Origin: an uncultured Alphaproteobacteria bacterium | GTDB lineage: Bacteria; Pseudomonadota; Alphaproteobacteria; HIMB59; GCA-002718135 | Reading direction: 5' to 3' | DNA: 64,000 bases | Assembly: GCA_902574475.1 (NCBI GenBank) | Contig: CACGNZ010000001.1 | Coordinates: forward strand, 61,416 to 125,415 | In this document: positions 33,527-42,993 of the stretch, piece after piece | How the letters are laid out: every line of letters begins with the position of its first letter | Position numbering within the stretch: position 1 is the first letter of the stretch | The notes under the pieces: generated by a model | Seen by the model: the letters and a program-made list of their open reading frames with translations, nothing else | Told to the model about the DNA's origin: nothing | The model's database searches: none | Translations under genes and position numbers: made by a program

Positions 33527-33820
33527 TTATTTTTTAATTTTTTCGAGATCACTACTATGAACCATCACCCAAAATCCTGGTCTATTTTTTTCACATAATG
33601 CTATGACTGGTGTCTTGCCCTCTTCTTTGGCAAGCTTTGCAGTATCATCCCACAAGCTAATTGCTGTATGTTTTGCTCTTAATTTACATTCTATAAAAAG
33701 ATCTTCATGAATTACATCAGCTCGTGTAACTTTACCATTTCCTCCACTCAAAGGTGTCCTTTTCCCATTAAAATAATTTGCAACATCTCTTTCCCTTTTT
33801 TTCCAAGCTTTATCAGGCAT
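33527..33820 (-). CDS. Hjc-like PD-(D/E)xK nuclease, putative Holliday junction resolvase
   Basis: 97 aa with E10-R11...R21-x3-S25-G26...D35...E44-x-K46; RBS AAGGA 7 nt before the ATG; sits between yebC and tolQ. Confidence 0.75.
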   Translation of the reverse strand: MPDKAWKKRERDVANYFNGKRTPLSGGNGKVTRADVIHEDLFIECKLRAKHTAISLWDDTAKLAKEEGKTPVIALCEKNRPGFWVMVHSSDLEKIKK

Positions 33821-33834
33821 CTATATTCCTTTCA

Positions 33835-34584
33835 TTATGCTGTAAGTGAAGTTAGCACACTATCATCAACCTCAAAATTTGATGATACTACTTGAACGTC
33901 GTCGTTGTCTTCTAAAACTTCTAATAATTTAAATAGTTTGTCTGCTGTATCTTTTCCAATATTTATATTATTTTTACTTTTCCAAATTAAATTTGCAGAG
34001 TTAGTCTGACCATACTGTTGAATTAATTTATCATTGAGTTCATGCAAATCATTTTGATTACAGTATATTGAATATTCTGTATCATTAATCTCATAATCTT
34101 CACTATTATTTTCAATTAGAAATTCTAAAAGTTGATCTTCTTTTACTAAACTTTTATCAAGAGTGATATTACCAAATCTATCGAAACCAAAACTAACACT
34201 TCCTGTTTCACCCAAATTACCACCATATTTACTAAAAGAAGATCTGATTTCAGCAGCTGTTCTATTTTTATTATTTGTAAGTGCTTCAACTATTATTGCT
34301 ATACCTTCAGGGCCGTATCCTTCATATCTTACTTCTTCATAATTACTATCAGGATCATTTCCTTGACCTTTTTTAATTGCCCTCTCAATATTATCTTTAG
34401 GCATATTTAGAGACTTGGCCGACGAAATTGCAGATCTTAATCTAATATTACTCTCAATATCTTCGCCTCCTACTTTAACAGCAACAGAAATTTCTCTTCC
34501 AAGTCTTGAGAAAACTTTTGCTCTTTTTTTATCTTGAGCACCTTTACGATGCATAATATTTTTAAATTTCGAGTGCCCTGCCAT
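33835..34584 (-). CDS. yebC: YebC/PmpR family protein
   Basis: MAGHSKFKNIMHRKG.QD.KR, YEGYGP.G, TNNKNRT, GETGSV, LEDNDDVQ.V..N. Confidence 0.97.
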   Translation of the reverse strand: MAGHSKFKNIMHRKGAQDKKRAKVFSRLGREISVAVKVGGEDIESNIRLRSAISSAKSLNMPKDNIERAIKKGQGNDPDSNYEEVRYEGYGPEGIAIIVEALTNNKNRTAAEIRSSFSKYGGNLGETGSVSFGFDRFGNITLDKSLVKEDQLLEFLIENNSEDYEINDTEYSIYCNQNDLHELNDKLIQQYGQTNSANLIWKSKNNINIGKDTADKLFKLLEVLEDNDDVQVVSSNFEVDDSVLTSLTA

Positions 34585-34663
34585 TACTAGTAGATTTATA
34601 AATATTTAATCCGATGTTAGTAAAGATATAAAATATTAGATAAATGTGTCTAATATATGTAAA

Positions 34664-35455
34664 TTATGTCTCTTGAATTGGGGTGATATTTTTAGCTAAA
34701 CCAGTATTAGTATCAATCTCTATTAAAGCCCCGCATACTGTTATGTTTTCAGTAGCAGGTGTAAATCTACCTTCTGCCCTGTACCCCTTAACAAATCCAT
34801 GTATTGGATTATTTATATCAAAACCAATTATTGAATTATAATCACCTGACATCCCCACGTCTGTTTGATAGGCTGTACCTTTAGGTAAAATAACACTGTC
34901 TGCCGTTGGCACATGAGTATGTGTGCCTAAAACTGCCGTAACTTGTCCATCAACATAATATCCAAATGCCTTTTTTTCAGAAGTTGCTTCACCATGCATA
35001 TCAATAATTATCGCATCACATGTACTGCCTAACTTCTCTTTTTGAAGAAATTCAATTATGCCTTTAAAGGGATCATCTAATGATAAATTCATAAATAATC
35101 TGAGCATTACTTGTACTACTATAATTTTTTTTCCATTTAAAAGTTCAAGCTTATAATATCCTTTTCCAGGAACCCCATCAGGATAATTCAAAGCTCTGAT
35201 TATTTTTGGATTTTCTTCAATATAAGAAAGCATATCTCTTTGATCCCATGCATGATTCCCAAGTGTAAGTAGATCAATTCCGCTAGAAAATAATTCTTCT
35301 GCATCCTTTTTTGAAAGTCCATAACCAGAAGTAGCATTCTCACCATTAGCAATAATCATGTCTATATTATATTTAGATTTGAGTGTTGGGATAATTTCTT
35401 TAATTTTTTTTCGTGACGCCTTACCGACAATATCACCTATAAAAAGAATTTTCAT
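34664..35455 (-). CDS. TIGR00282/YmdB family metallophosphoesterase
   Basis: GDIVG, NGEN, LGNH, DMHGEATSEK, GTHTHVPTAD, TDVGM.G. Confidence 0.94.
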   Translation of the reverse strand: MKILFIGDIVGKASRKKIKEIIPTLKSKYNIDMIIANGENATSGYGLSKKDAEELFSSGIDLLTLGNHAWDQRDMLSYIEENPKIIRALNYPDGVPGKGYYKLELLNGKKIIVVQVMLRLFMNLSLDDPFKGIIEFLQKEKLGSTCDAIIIDMHGEATSEKKAFGYYVDGQVTAVLGTHTHVPTADSVILPKGTAYQTDVGMSGDYNSIIGFDINNPIHGFVKGYRAEGRFTPATENITVCGALIEIDTNTGLAKNITPIQET

Positions 35456-36033
35456 TGAAAACTATATAAATTTTTTTCAGTAATAACATAATCCACTTTA
35501 AAATCAAATTTGTCTATGGGTATGTAATCTAACTTTTGATCTTCATATGCATAGGCTACAGAGATGAATCTGTGATTAATTTTATTTAAATAAGCAAATG
35601 TCCTGTCATAATAACCTCCACCATAACCTAATCTATTTCCCTTCTTATCAAAAGCTAAACAAGGTACAAAAATTAATTCAGGATTTAAAATTTTATTTTT
35701 ATTTTGAGGCTCTGATATATTCATATGTCCTTTTACAAAATTCTCTTCACTCTTAAATTGCTTAAAGATTAAATGACTATTTTTTTTTTCAATTACAGGG
35801 AGACATAAAATTTTATTTTTAATAAAGATAAGATTGTTAAGCTCTCTCGTATTTATCTCAGAATTTATAGAAATAAAACTAGAAACTATATTAATTTCTT
35901 GAAAATTAATTTTTTCAAAAAGCTTATTAAACAAAGTTAAAGCAAAATGAGATGGTTTATTATTAAAAATCTTATCTCTTATTATTTTTTGTTTTTTTCT
36001 GATAATTGATTTTTCATCTTTAATATTATTCAT
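35452..36033 (-). CDS. 5-formyltetrahydrofolate cyclo-ligase (YgfA family)
   Basis: VPCLAFD..GNRLGYGGGYYDRT, EI.T, D.VITE. Confidence 0.95.
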   Translation of the reverse strand: MNNIKDEKSIIRKKQKIIRDKIFNNKPSHFALTLFNKLFEKINFQEINIVSSFISINSEINTRELNNLIFIKNKILCLPVIEKKNSHLIFKQFKSEENFVKGHMNISEPQNKNKILNPELIFVPCLAFDKKGNRLGYGGGYYDRTFAYLNKINHRFISVAYAYEDQKLDYIPIDKFDFKVDYVITEKNLYSFQ

Positions 36034-36445
36034 AATAAGAATTCTTAATTATATTAATTAAACCTTCTACCTTTTTATTTATTTCATCAAATTCTTGATC
36101 TAATTTCAATTTTTCATCTTCTAAAATTTTTTTTTCATTTTGTAGTTTTAGTATTTTGTCTTTAAGTTCTAAATTGTTCTTTAGATATTCTTGTTTCTTG
36201 GTATCATTTACTTCTGAACTTCTTTTTATATTTAATTTTTCTGAAAGCTCTGCTTGAAGCTCAATAGAGAGAAGTGATAACAATATAGTATCACTTATTT
36301 TTCCATTTGAATATTTTGGATTTTGTAATTTATCATCAATTTTTTCATTAATTAAATTTATTGAATCTATTATTTTTTTTTCATCTTTTTTTTCATATTC
36401 TAATGATATTTCTCTATTTAAAATTTTTGTCTTATAAAAAGGCAT
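36026..36445 (-). CDS. zapA: Cell division protein ZapA-like
   Basis: KILNREISL....DEKKI..SINLIN.KI...ILLSLLSIEL plus coiled coil; canonical position upstream of the cyclo-ligase gene. Confidence 0.7.
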   Translation of the reverse strand: MPFYKTKILNREISLEYEKKDEKKIIDSINLINEKIDDKLQNPKYSNGKISDTILLSLLSIELQAELSEKLNIKRSSEVNDTKKQEYLKNNLELKDKILKLQNEKKILEDEKLKLDQEFDEINKKVEGLINIIKNSYYE

Positions 36446-36447
36446 GA

Positions 36448-36636
36448 TTATTTCTTAATTAGAAGTTCCAATTCATCAATATACTCGGACATTTGTTTTC
36501 GTAAATTTTTAATTTCATTTTCAAGATTTTTAATTTTTTCTTTTTTGGAAATATGATGATCCCTAAAATCTTCTAAAGCTGATCTTAGATTATTTAAGTT
36601 TTCGCTTAGAACTGTAATTTTTTTTTGTATTTCCAT
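36448..36636 (-). CDS. Small coiled-coil protein (ZapB/DUF4164-like position)
   Basis: 62-aa heptad-rich ORF immediately upstream of zapA and divergent from tkt. Confidence 0.65.
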   Translation of the reverse strand: MEIQKKITVLSENLNNLRSALEDFRDHHISKKEKIKNLENEIKNLRKQMSEYIDELELLIKK

Positions 36637-36721
36637 TATAATTTTATAGTTTGTAATTTTATAATTGTCACTGTAATGAACCCATATTAAATAATTTTAT
36701 ATCAAGCATAAAGGTAAGTAT

Positions 36722-38698
36722 TTGAATAATTTAAATAATATCAAAAATCTAAGACAATTATCAAATTGTATTAGATTTTTATCAATGGATGCAGTGGAAA
36801 AAGCAAAATCTGGTCATCCTGGTATGCCTATGGGTATGGCGGACATAGCAACAGTTCTTTACAAAAATCATTTAAAGTTTGATCCGAATGATCCGGAATG
36901 GATTGATAGAGATAGATTAATTATTTCAAATGGGCATGGCTCAATGCTTTTATACTCTTGTTTGTATCTAACAGGATATAAAGACATTGACATAAATCAA
37001 ATTAAAAATTTTAGACAATTGCATAATAAAACTGCAGGTCACCCAGAATACGGAAGTGCACAAGGAATAGAAACAACTACCGGGCCTTTGTCTCAAGGTT
37101 TAGCAAATGCAGTTGGAATGGCTTTAGCAGAAAAAAAATTATCAAATAATTATGGAGAAAAATTAGTCGATCATTACACTTATGTTTTTGCTGGAGATGG
37201 ATGCTTAATGGAAGGTTTAAGTCATGAAGCGTGTAGTCTCGCAGGACATTTAAAATTAAATAAGCTTATTATGTTTTTTGATAATAATTCTATTTCCATA
37301 GATGGATCAACAGATCTTTCAGTTTCAGACAATGTGAAAAAAAGATTTGAAGCTTATAATTGGAATATAATTGAAATAGATGGTCATAAATATGAGGAAA
37401 TTGATCAAGCTATAACTCAAGCAAAAAAAAATAATGCTCCAACAATTATATCTTGTAAAACTAAAATTGGTTTTGGCTCTCCAAACAAAGAGTGTTCAGC
37501 TTCATCACATGGTTCACCTCTTGGTGAGGATGAAATTAGTTTAACAAGAAAAAAATTAGAATGGAATTATTCGCCGTTTGAAATTCCAGATGATTTATTA
37601 CGTGAGTGGAGAAGTTTCTATAAAAGAAATGAAGAATCAAGAAATTCATGGTTATCAAAAAATAAAGAATTAATTGAAAGTAAAAATTTTAAAGATAGTT
37701 ATTATCAAAAAATTAATTCACAACTTCCAGAAAAACTAGCTGAATTAAAATCTGAACACTTTAAAAACAAAACAAATTGTGCTTCAAGAAAATCGAGTGA
37801 GCTGACGCTAAATTTAATTTCAAACTATCAAAAAAATCTTATTGGTGGATCTGCTGATCTTACTGGATCAAATAACACTAAGGCAAAAGATATGAATGTA
37901 ATTACATCTGATAAATTTAATGGAAATTATATTCATTATGGCATCAGAGAACATGGAATGGCTGGAGTAATGAATGGTATTGCTTTGCATAAAGGTTTAA
38001 TTCCATACGGAGGAACGTTTTTGGTGTTTACCGATTATTGCAGACCTTCAATTAGGTTATCAGCTATTATGAATATACCAGTTATTTATGTAATGACACA
38101 TGACTCAATAGGATTAGGAGAAGATGGACCAACCCATCAACCTGTTGAACATCTTGCATCCTTAAGAGCTATACCAAATTTAACAGTAATTAGGCCTTGT
38201 GATATTATTGAAACTATAGAAGCATGGGAATGTGCAATCAACAATACTGGACCAACAATCTTAGTTTTAACAAGACAAAATCTACCGATGTTACAAAAAG
38301 ATAATCGCAAAGAAAATCTTGTAAATAAAGGTGCTTATAAAATAAGAGATTTTAAAGAATATGATGCAACAATTTTATCTTCTGGTTCTGAAGTTGAGAT
38401 TGCTTGCTCTGCATCAAATAAACTTTTTGAAAGCAATAATTTAAAGATAAGAGTTGTAAGCATATCTTCATTTGAATTGTTTGAGAAAAATGATGATGCT
38501 TATAAAAATAAAATTTTAGGAAATAAACCTATTTTTGCTATTGAGGCTGGAGTAATAAATGGTTGGGAAAAATATATTAAAAATGAAAATTTTGTTGGCA
38601 TGTCAACTTTTGGTGAAAGTGGTCCATACAAAGATTTATATAAGCACTTTAAGATAACAGATGATTACTTAATTGAAAAAATAATTAAAAGTTTATAA
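36722..38698 (+). CDS. tkt: Transketolase
   Basis: SGHPGMPMG, SNGHGSML, GDGCLMEG, YGIREHGM, THDSIGLGEDGPTHQP; TTG start. Confidence 0.98.
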   Translation: MNNLNNIKNLRQLSNCIRFLSMDAVEKAKSGHPGMPMGMADIATVLYKNHLKFDPNDPEWIDRDRLIISNGHGSMLLYSCLYLTGYKDIDINQIKNFRQLHNKTAGHPEYGSAQGIETTTGPLSQGLANAVGMALAEKKLSNNYGEKLVDHYTYVFAGDGCLMEGLSHEACSLAGHLKLNKLIMFFDNNSISIDGSTDLSVSDNVKKRFEAYNWNIIEIDGHKYEEIDQAITQAKKNNAPTIISCKTKIGFGSPNKECSASSHGSPLGEDEISLTRKKLEWNYSPFEIPDDLLREWRSFYKRNEESRNSWLSKNKELIESKNFKDSYYQKINSQLPEKLAELKSEHFKNKTNCASRKSSELTLNLISNYQKNLIGGSADLTGSNNTKAKDMNVITSDKFNGNYIHYGIREHGMAGVMNGIALHKGLIPYGGTFLVFTDYCRPSIRLSAIMNIPVIYVMTHDSIGLGEDGPTHQPVEHLASLRAIPNLTVIRPCDIIETIEAWECAINNTGPTILVLTRQNLPMLQKDNRKENLVNKGAYKIRDFKEYDATILSSGSEVEIACSASNKLFESNNLKIRVVSISSFELFEKNDDAYKNKILGNKPIFAIEAGVINGWEKYIKNENFVGMSTFGESGPYKDLYKHFKITDDYLIEKIIKSL

Positions 38699-38709
38699 AA
38701 AGGAGAAAT

Positions 38710-39714
38710 ATGAAAGTTGCAATAAATGGATTTGGAAGAATTGGAAAACTTGTTTTTAGAGCTTTATTAGAAAAAAATCCTAAAGATATTAATATTGTAG
38801 CTATTAATGAACTAGGAAGTGTTGAGAGCAGTGCTCACTTACTTAAATATGACAGTGTTCACGGTATTCTTAAAGATGAGATTAGCTCAATCAAAAATGG
38901 ATTAAAAATTGGTAAACATAAAATTAATTTTTATTCCGAAAGAGATCCAAAAAACCTTCCTTGGAAATCACTCAAGGTAGATGTTGTTCTTGAATGTAGT
39001 GGTGTTTTTACTTCAAAAGAAAAGGCGATTTCTCATTTAAATGCAGGAGCAAAAAAAGTTATTATTTCAGCACCAGCTTCAAATGTAGATGCCACAATTG
39101 TTCAAGGTGTAAATAACGATACCATTAAAAAAAATCATAACGTAATTTCAAACGGATCTTGTACTACTAACTGTCTTGCTCCTTTAGCTATGGTTCTTGA
39201 TGAAAAATTAGGAATTGAAAGTGGTTTCATGACAACAATTCATAGTTATACGGGTGATCAAAGAACTGTTGATCAAACCCATTCTGACTTTAGAAGAGCA
39301 AGGGCTGCAGCTGAGTCAATGATTCCAACTTCTACAGGAGCAGCAAAGGCTTTGAGTCTAGTCTTACCAAAATTAAAAGGTAAACTAGATGGAACAGCTA
39401 TTCGAGTACCTACTCCTAATGTCTCACTTATAGATCTTACATTTGTAAGTAAGAAAAAAACTAGCCCAGAAAAAATTAATTCTATAGTTCTTCAAGCTTC
39501 AAAAACTAAAAAATTAAATGGAATACTAACAACAAACTCATTACCTCTGGTTTCAATTGATTTTAATCATAATTCAAGCAGTTCTGTATTTGATTTGAGT
39601 CAAACACAAGTTGTCAAAGATAAATTCTGCAGAGTTTTATCTTGGTATGATAATGAATGGGGATTCTCAAATAGAATGGTAGACACTATGGTTAATCTTA
39701 AAAAATTTATTTAG
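38710..39714 (+). CDS. gap: Type I glyceraldehyde-3-phosphate dehydrogenase
   Basis: INGFGRIG, SNGSCTTNCLAP, PTSTGAAKA, WYDNEWGFS; RBS AGGAG. Confidence 0.98.
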   Translation: MKVAINGFGRIGKLVFRALLEKNPKDINIVAINELGSVESSAHLLKYDSVHGILKDEISSIKNGLKIGKHKINFYSERDPKNLPWKSLKVDVVLECSGVFTSKEKAISHLNAGAKKVIISAPASNVDATIVQGVNNDTIKKNHNVISNGSCTTNCLAPLAMVLDEKLGIESGFMTTIHSYTGDQRTVDQTHSDFRRARAAAESMIPTSTGAAKALSLVLPKLKGKLDGTAIRVPTPNVSLIDLTFVSKKKTSPEKINSIVLQASKTKKLNGILTTNSLPLVSIDFNHNSSSSVFDLSQTQVVKDKFCRVLSWYDNEWGFSNRMVDTMVNLKKFI

Positions 39715-40112
39715 TGCCTAAAAAAATTTGTTTTGCAGTATCGACACTAATACAAATTGAAAATTTAATAGAATTTCGAAAATCAAAGTTCAAAACTTCG
39801 ATTATATTTATAAAATATTTTTTAATTAAAGGTTTTGGGATAGAGTGGCTTAGAACGTTAATAAACCATATTAAAAATAAATATAAGACACACAATATTA
39901 AGTTTTTTATCGACTCAGGCTATGATCAAGGTCTTAGTATATTATTAACTCACGAAAATATTGATTATTTAAAATTAAAAAATAATAAAATCATCTTAAA
40001 TAAAATTAATCAAATTGCTAAAAAAAATAAGGTTTTATTAAATCCAACTTTTGATGTAGTAGATCTTACGAAAATTAAAAATATACAAAAAAAACTTAAG
40101 ATAAAACTATGA
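39714..40112 (+). CDS. Hypothetical protein (132 aa)
   Basis: GTG start overlaps the gap stop and the stop overlaps the efp start (ATGA); G..W...LI and IDSG.D.GL motifs. Confidence 0.7.
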   Translation: MPKKICFAVSTLIQIENLIEFRKSKFKTSIIFIKYFLIKGFGIEWLRTLINHIKNKYKTHNIKFFIDSGYDQGLSILLTHENIDYLKLKNNKIILNKINQIAKKNKVLLNPTFDVVDLTKIKNIQKKLKIKL

Positions 40113-40678
40113 AAATAGATGGAAATGAAATTAAAGTCGGAAATATTTTAGAAATTAATAACAAACTTTGGAAAGTTTTGAAAACCCAGCATACTCAACC
40201 AGGAAAGGGTGGTGCCTACTTGCAAGCTGAACTTAAAGAAATAAGAGAAGGTACTAAAATGAATAGTAGGTTTAGATCATCAGAAACAGTAGAAAGAGCT
40301 ATCCTTGATGAAAAAGAATTTCAATATCTTTATGATGATAATAATAATTTTATATTCATGGATATACAAACTTATGAACAAATAGAACTTGGCTCAGACA
40401 TATTAACTGAGGATCAATCAAAATTTTTAGTTGAGAATAGTAATGTTATTATTAATTTCTATAATGAAAAACCAGTCGGAATTGACTTGCCTGATACTGT
40501 AGAATTAACAGTTATAGAAACTGAAGGTGTTGTAAAAGGTCAAACAGCTGCTTCATCATATAAACCAGCTACTTTAGAAAAGAATATTAAAACATCAGTA
40601 CCGCAATTTATTGCAGTTAATGATAAAATAGTAATAAGTACAATTGACGGTAGTTATATCGAAAAATCAAAAAATTAA
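40109..40678 (+). CDS. efp: Elongation factor P
   Basis: HTQPGKGGAY, RFRS.E.VE, KGQTA..SYKPATL, VPQFI. Confidence 0.97.
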   Translation: MKIDGNEIKVGNILEINNKLWKVLKTQHTQPGKGGAYLQAELKEIREGTKMNSRFRSSETVERAILDEKEFQYLYDDNNNFIFMDIQTYEQIELGSDILTEDQSKFLVENSNVIINFYNEKPVGIDLPDTVELTVIETEGVVKGQTAASSYKPATLEKNIKTSVPQFIAVNDKIVISTIDGSYIEKSKN

Positions 40679-41454
40679 TGCAGCCTGCTGTAATTAATAT
40701 CTTTGAAAAGGCAGTAAAAAAAGCTGGTAAAATATTATTAAGAGATTTTGGAGAATTAGAAAATTTACAAATACAATCTAAATCAGTTGGAGATTTTGTA
40801 ACAAATGCAGATATTAAAGTAGAAAAAACACTTTTAGAAACTCTTAAATATTATTATCCAGATTATACTTACATAACTGAAGAAACTGGTGAAATAAAGG
40901 GTGATGAAAACACCATTATTATTGATCCAATTGATGGAACATCTAATTTTATTCATGGAATACCTCATGTTGGAATAATCGTTGCCAAAATGACAAATGA
41001 TGAAATCACAGACGGTGTGATTTACAATCCAATTTTAAACGAATTTTTTTGGAGTTCTAAAGGTAAAGGTTCGTGGTGTAATAATAGTAGACTTAGAGTC
41101 TCAAACAGGCAAATTTTTTCAGATTGCTTGATAGGTACTGGGCTTCCGTTTGGAGAAAGAATTTATAAAAACTATTTAAGTGAGATTGATGAAATCCTAA
41201 AATCATCTGCAGGAATAAGAAGACTCGGTTCTGCGGGACTTGACCTGGCTTATGTTGCCTCTGGTAAATTAGATGGTTTTTGGGAAAAAGATCTAAATTT
41301 ATGGGATGTTTCAACGGGAATTCTTTTAGTTAAAGAAGCTGGGGGGAAAATTTCTAAAATAGACGGAAATGCATGGGAAATAAATTCTCTTGATTTAGTT
41401 GCTTCAAATAATAAAATTCATAATGAATTAGTTAAAAAACTTACTTTACTTTGA
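40678..41454 (+). CDS. suhB: Inositol monophosphatase family protein
   Basis: RDFGELENLQ, DFVT.AD, IDPIDGTSNF.HG, RRLGSAGLDLAYVA.G, WDV..G. Confidence 0.93.
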   Translation: MQPAVINIFEKAVKKAGKILLRDFGELENLQIQSKSVGDFVTNADIKVEKTLLETLKYYYPDYTYITEETGEIKGDENTIIIDPIDGTSNFIHGIPHVGIIVAKMTNDEITDGVIYNPILNEFFWSSKGKGSWCNNSRLRVSNRQIFSDCLIGTGLPFGERIYKNYLSEIDEILKSSAGIRRLGSAGLDLAYVASGKLDGFWEKDLNLWDVSTGILLVKEAGGKISKIDGNAWEINSLDLVASNNKIHNELVKKLTLL

Positions 41455-41478
41455 AATCTATATAAATATAAGACAGTC

Positions 41479-41706
41479 ATGAAAAAAGATATACATCCTA
41501 AATATCATGAAATAAACGTTGTTATGACTGATGGATCTACTTTTAAAACTAGATCTACTTGGGGTAAAGAAGGTGATACTCTTAAATTAGAAATTGATTC
41601 TAAATCTCACCCAGCATGGACTGGTGGTAAAGCTGGTCTTAATGAATCTGAAGGACAGGTAGCTAGATTCCAAAAAAGATTTAAAGGTCTAAAAATTAAT
41701 AAATAA
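41479..41706 (+). CDS. rpmE: 50S ribosomal protein L31 (Zn-free type)
   Basis: [39 protein letters not shown]. Confidence 0.97.
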   Translation: MKKDIHPKYHEINVVMTDGSTFKTRSTWGKEGDTLKLEIDSKSHPAWTGGKAGLNESEGQVARFQKRFKGLKINK

Positions 41707-41889
41707 TTATTTAAAAAACTTTTCAGCATTAAGTTTTAAATTTTCTTTCTTTTTCATCTCATCTTGAACTCTTAGTATTTCAGTTTGAAGTTCAGAAATA
41801 TAGTTTTGTAAATCCTCAACACTGAAATCGTCCAAATTTAATATTTTAACCGTCTTTTGTTTTTCATCAACTTCAAAAAAATCTGTCAT
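41707..41889 (-). CDS. DUF1192 family small protein
   Basis: LDDFSVEDLQNYISELQTEI.R.......K...AEKFFK; usual neighbour of rpmE and trcR. Confidence 0.85.
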   Translation of the reverse strand: MTDFFEVDEKQKTVKILNLDDFSVEDLQNYISELQTEILRVQDEMKKKENLKLNAEKFFK

Positions 41890-41939
41890 AGTTATATTTT
41901 GTTATATATTATTTTTTGATTATATTATATGAGCCAGTT

Positions 41940-42482
41940 ATGAAATATCCTTTAATGCCAAAAGCAACAGCGATATGGTTAGTAGAAAATACAGCTTTGA
42001 CGTTTGATCAAATAGCTGAATTCTGTGGATTACATGAATTAGAGGTTCAAGGAATAGCTGATGGAGAAGTTGCTGTAGGTATGAGAGGTTATGATCCAAT
42101 TGATAATAATCAATTGACAAAAGAAGAAATTGAAAGATGTGAAAAAGATAATGCAGCTCGTTTGAATCTTATTAAGTCTGATGTAATTGAGGATTTACCG
42201 CCAAGAAAAAAAGATTCTAAATATACACCTCTTTCTTTAAGACAAGAAAAGCCATACGCTATTTTGTGGCTTATAAAAAGATATCCGACTGAATTAAGTA
42301 GTTCTCAAATTGCAAAACTTACCGGCTCAACAAAAAATACAGTAGAGGCTATAAGAAATGGTACATACAGAGAGGCAGTTCTTGAGGCAAAGAGTCCAAT
42401 GGACGTTGGTTTGTGTACTTATAAGGATCTCGAAAGAACTTTAAATAGAACTAGAACAAAAAAAGTAGATCAAGATAGCTAA
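41940..42482 (+). CDS. trcR: DUF1013 family cell-cycle transcriptional regulator TrcR
   Basis: Start moved to ATG at 41940: PLMPKATAIWLVENTALTFDQIAEFCGLHELEVQGIADGEVA, YTPLS.RQ.KP.AI.WL. Confidence 0.92.
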   Translation: MKYPLMPKATAIWLVENTALTFDQIAEFCGLHELEVQGIADGEVAVGMRGYDPIDNNQLTKEEIERCEKDNAARLNLIKSDVIEDLPPRKKDSKYTPLSLRQEKPYAILWLIKRYPTELSSSQIAKLTGSTKNTVEAIRNGTYREAVLEAKSPMDVGLCTYKDLERTLNRTRTKKVDQDS

Positions 42483-42991
42483 TAATTTTTTACAACGTAG
42501 TTTAGATAGTAGATCATCAAGATCATCCAAAATAATATCATTGAAATAATAAAAACCTGAAAATTATATATTTTTATAACTCCGATGGGTTCACCAAGAT
42601 AATAGGTTAAAGGTCCTAAAACTCCACTTAAAATTATTCCTAAAATTTTATAATTTTTAAAAAAAGTAAGAATTTCATCAAAAAGAGTACTAAAACTTAA
42701 CCACAAAACAATCATCCACAATGGCAAGGTGCCAATTTTAGTAATAGTTTCAAAATCGTATATTTGGAAATAAACTAATAAAGTATCAAAAATATATCCT
42801 GGAACTGAGATCAAAAGTGAAATTTTAATAAATTTTTTTCTATTATGATTAAAATAAAAAAAAATTAGTAGAAAAATAATTCCAACCCAGATGCCTAGCA
42901 TAGGATTAGAAAAATTTGTTTCACCAAATACACAGGCTAACCAAGTTAATTGATACCCAGTTAAGACTAAAAATACTTTTAGTTTTTGCAT
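42479..42991 (-). CDS. DUF2878 family membrane protein
   Basis: YQLTWLACV, GY.FDT.L, PLWMIVLW..F, GPLTYY.G; last gene of the cfa-like operon. Confidence 0.82.
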   Translation of the reverse strand: MQKLKVFLVLTGYQLTWLACVFGETNFSNPMLGIWVGIIFLLIFFYFNHNRKKFIKISLLISVPGYIFDTLLVYFQIYDFETITKIGTLPLWMIVLWLSFSTLFDEILTFFKNYKILGIILSGVLGPLTYYLGEPIGVIKIYNFQVFIISMILFWMILMIYYLNYVVKNY

Positions 42992-42993
42992 TT

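Noticed and set aside
33527..33820. Hjc-like ORF as a prophage remnant or restriction enzyme
   Set aside because: No neighbouring phage genes, att sites or methyltransferase; intact RBS and tight operon spacing. A phage ancestry remains possible.
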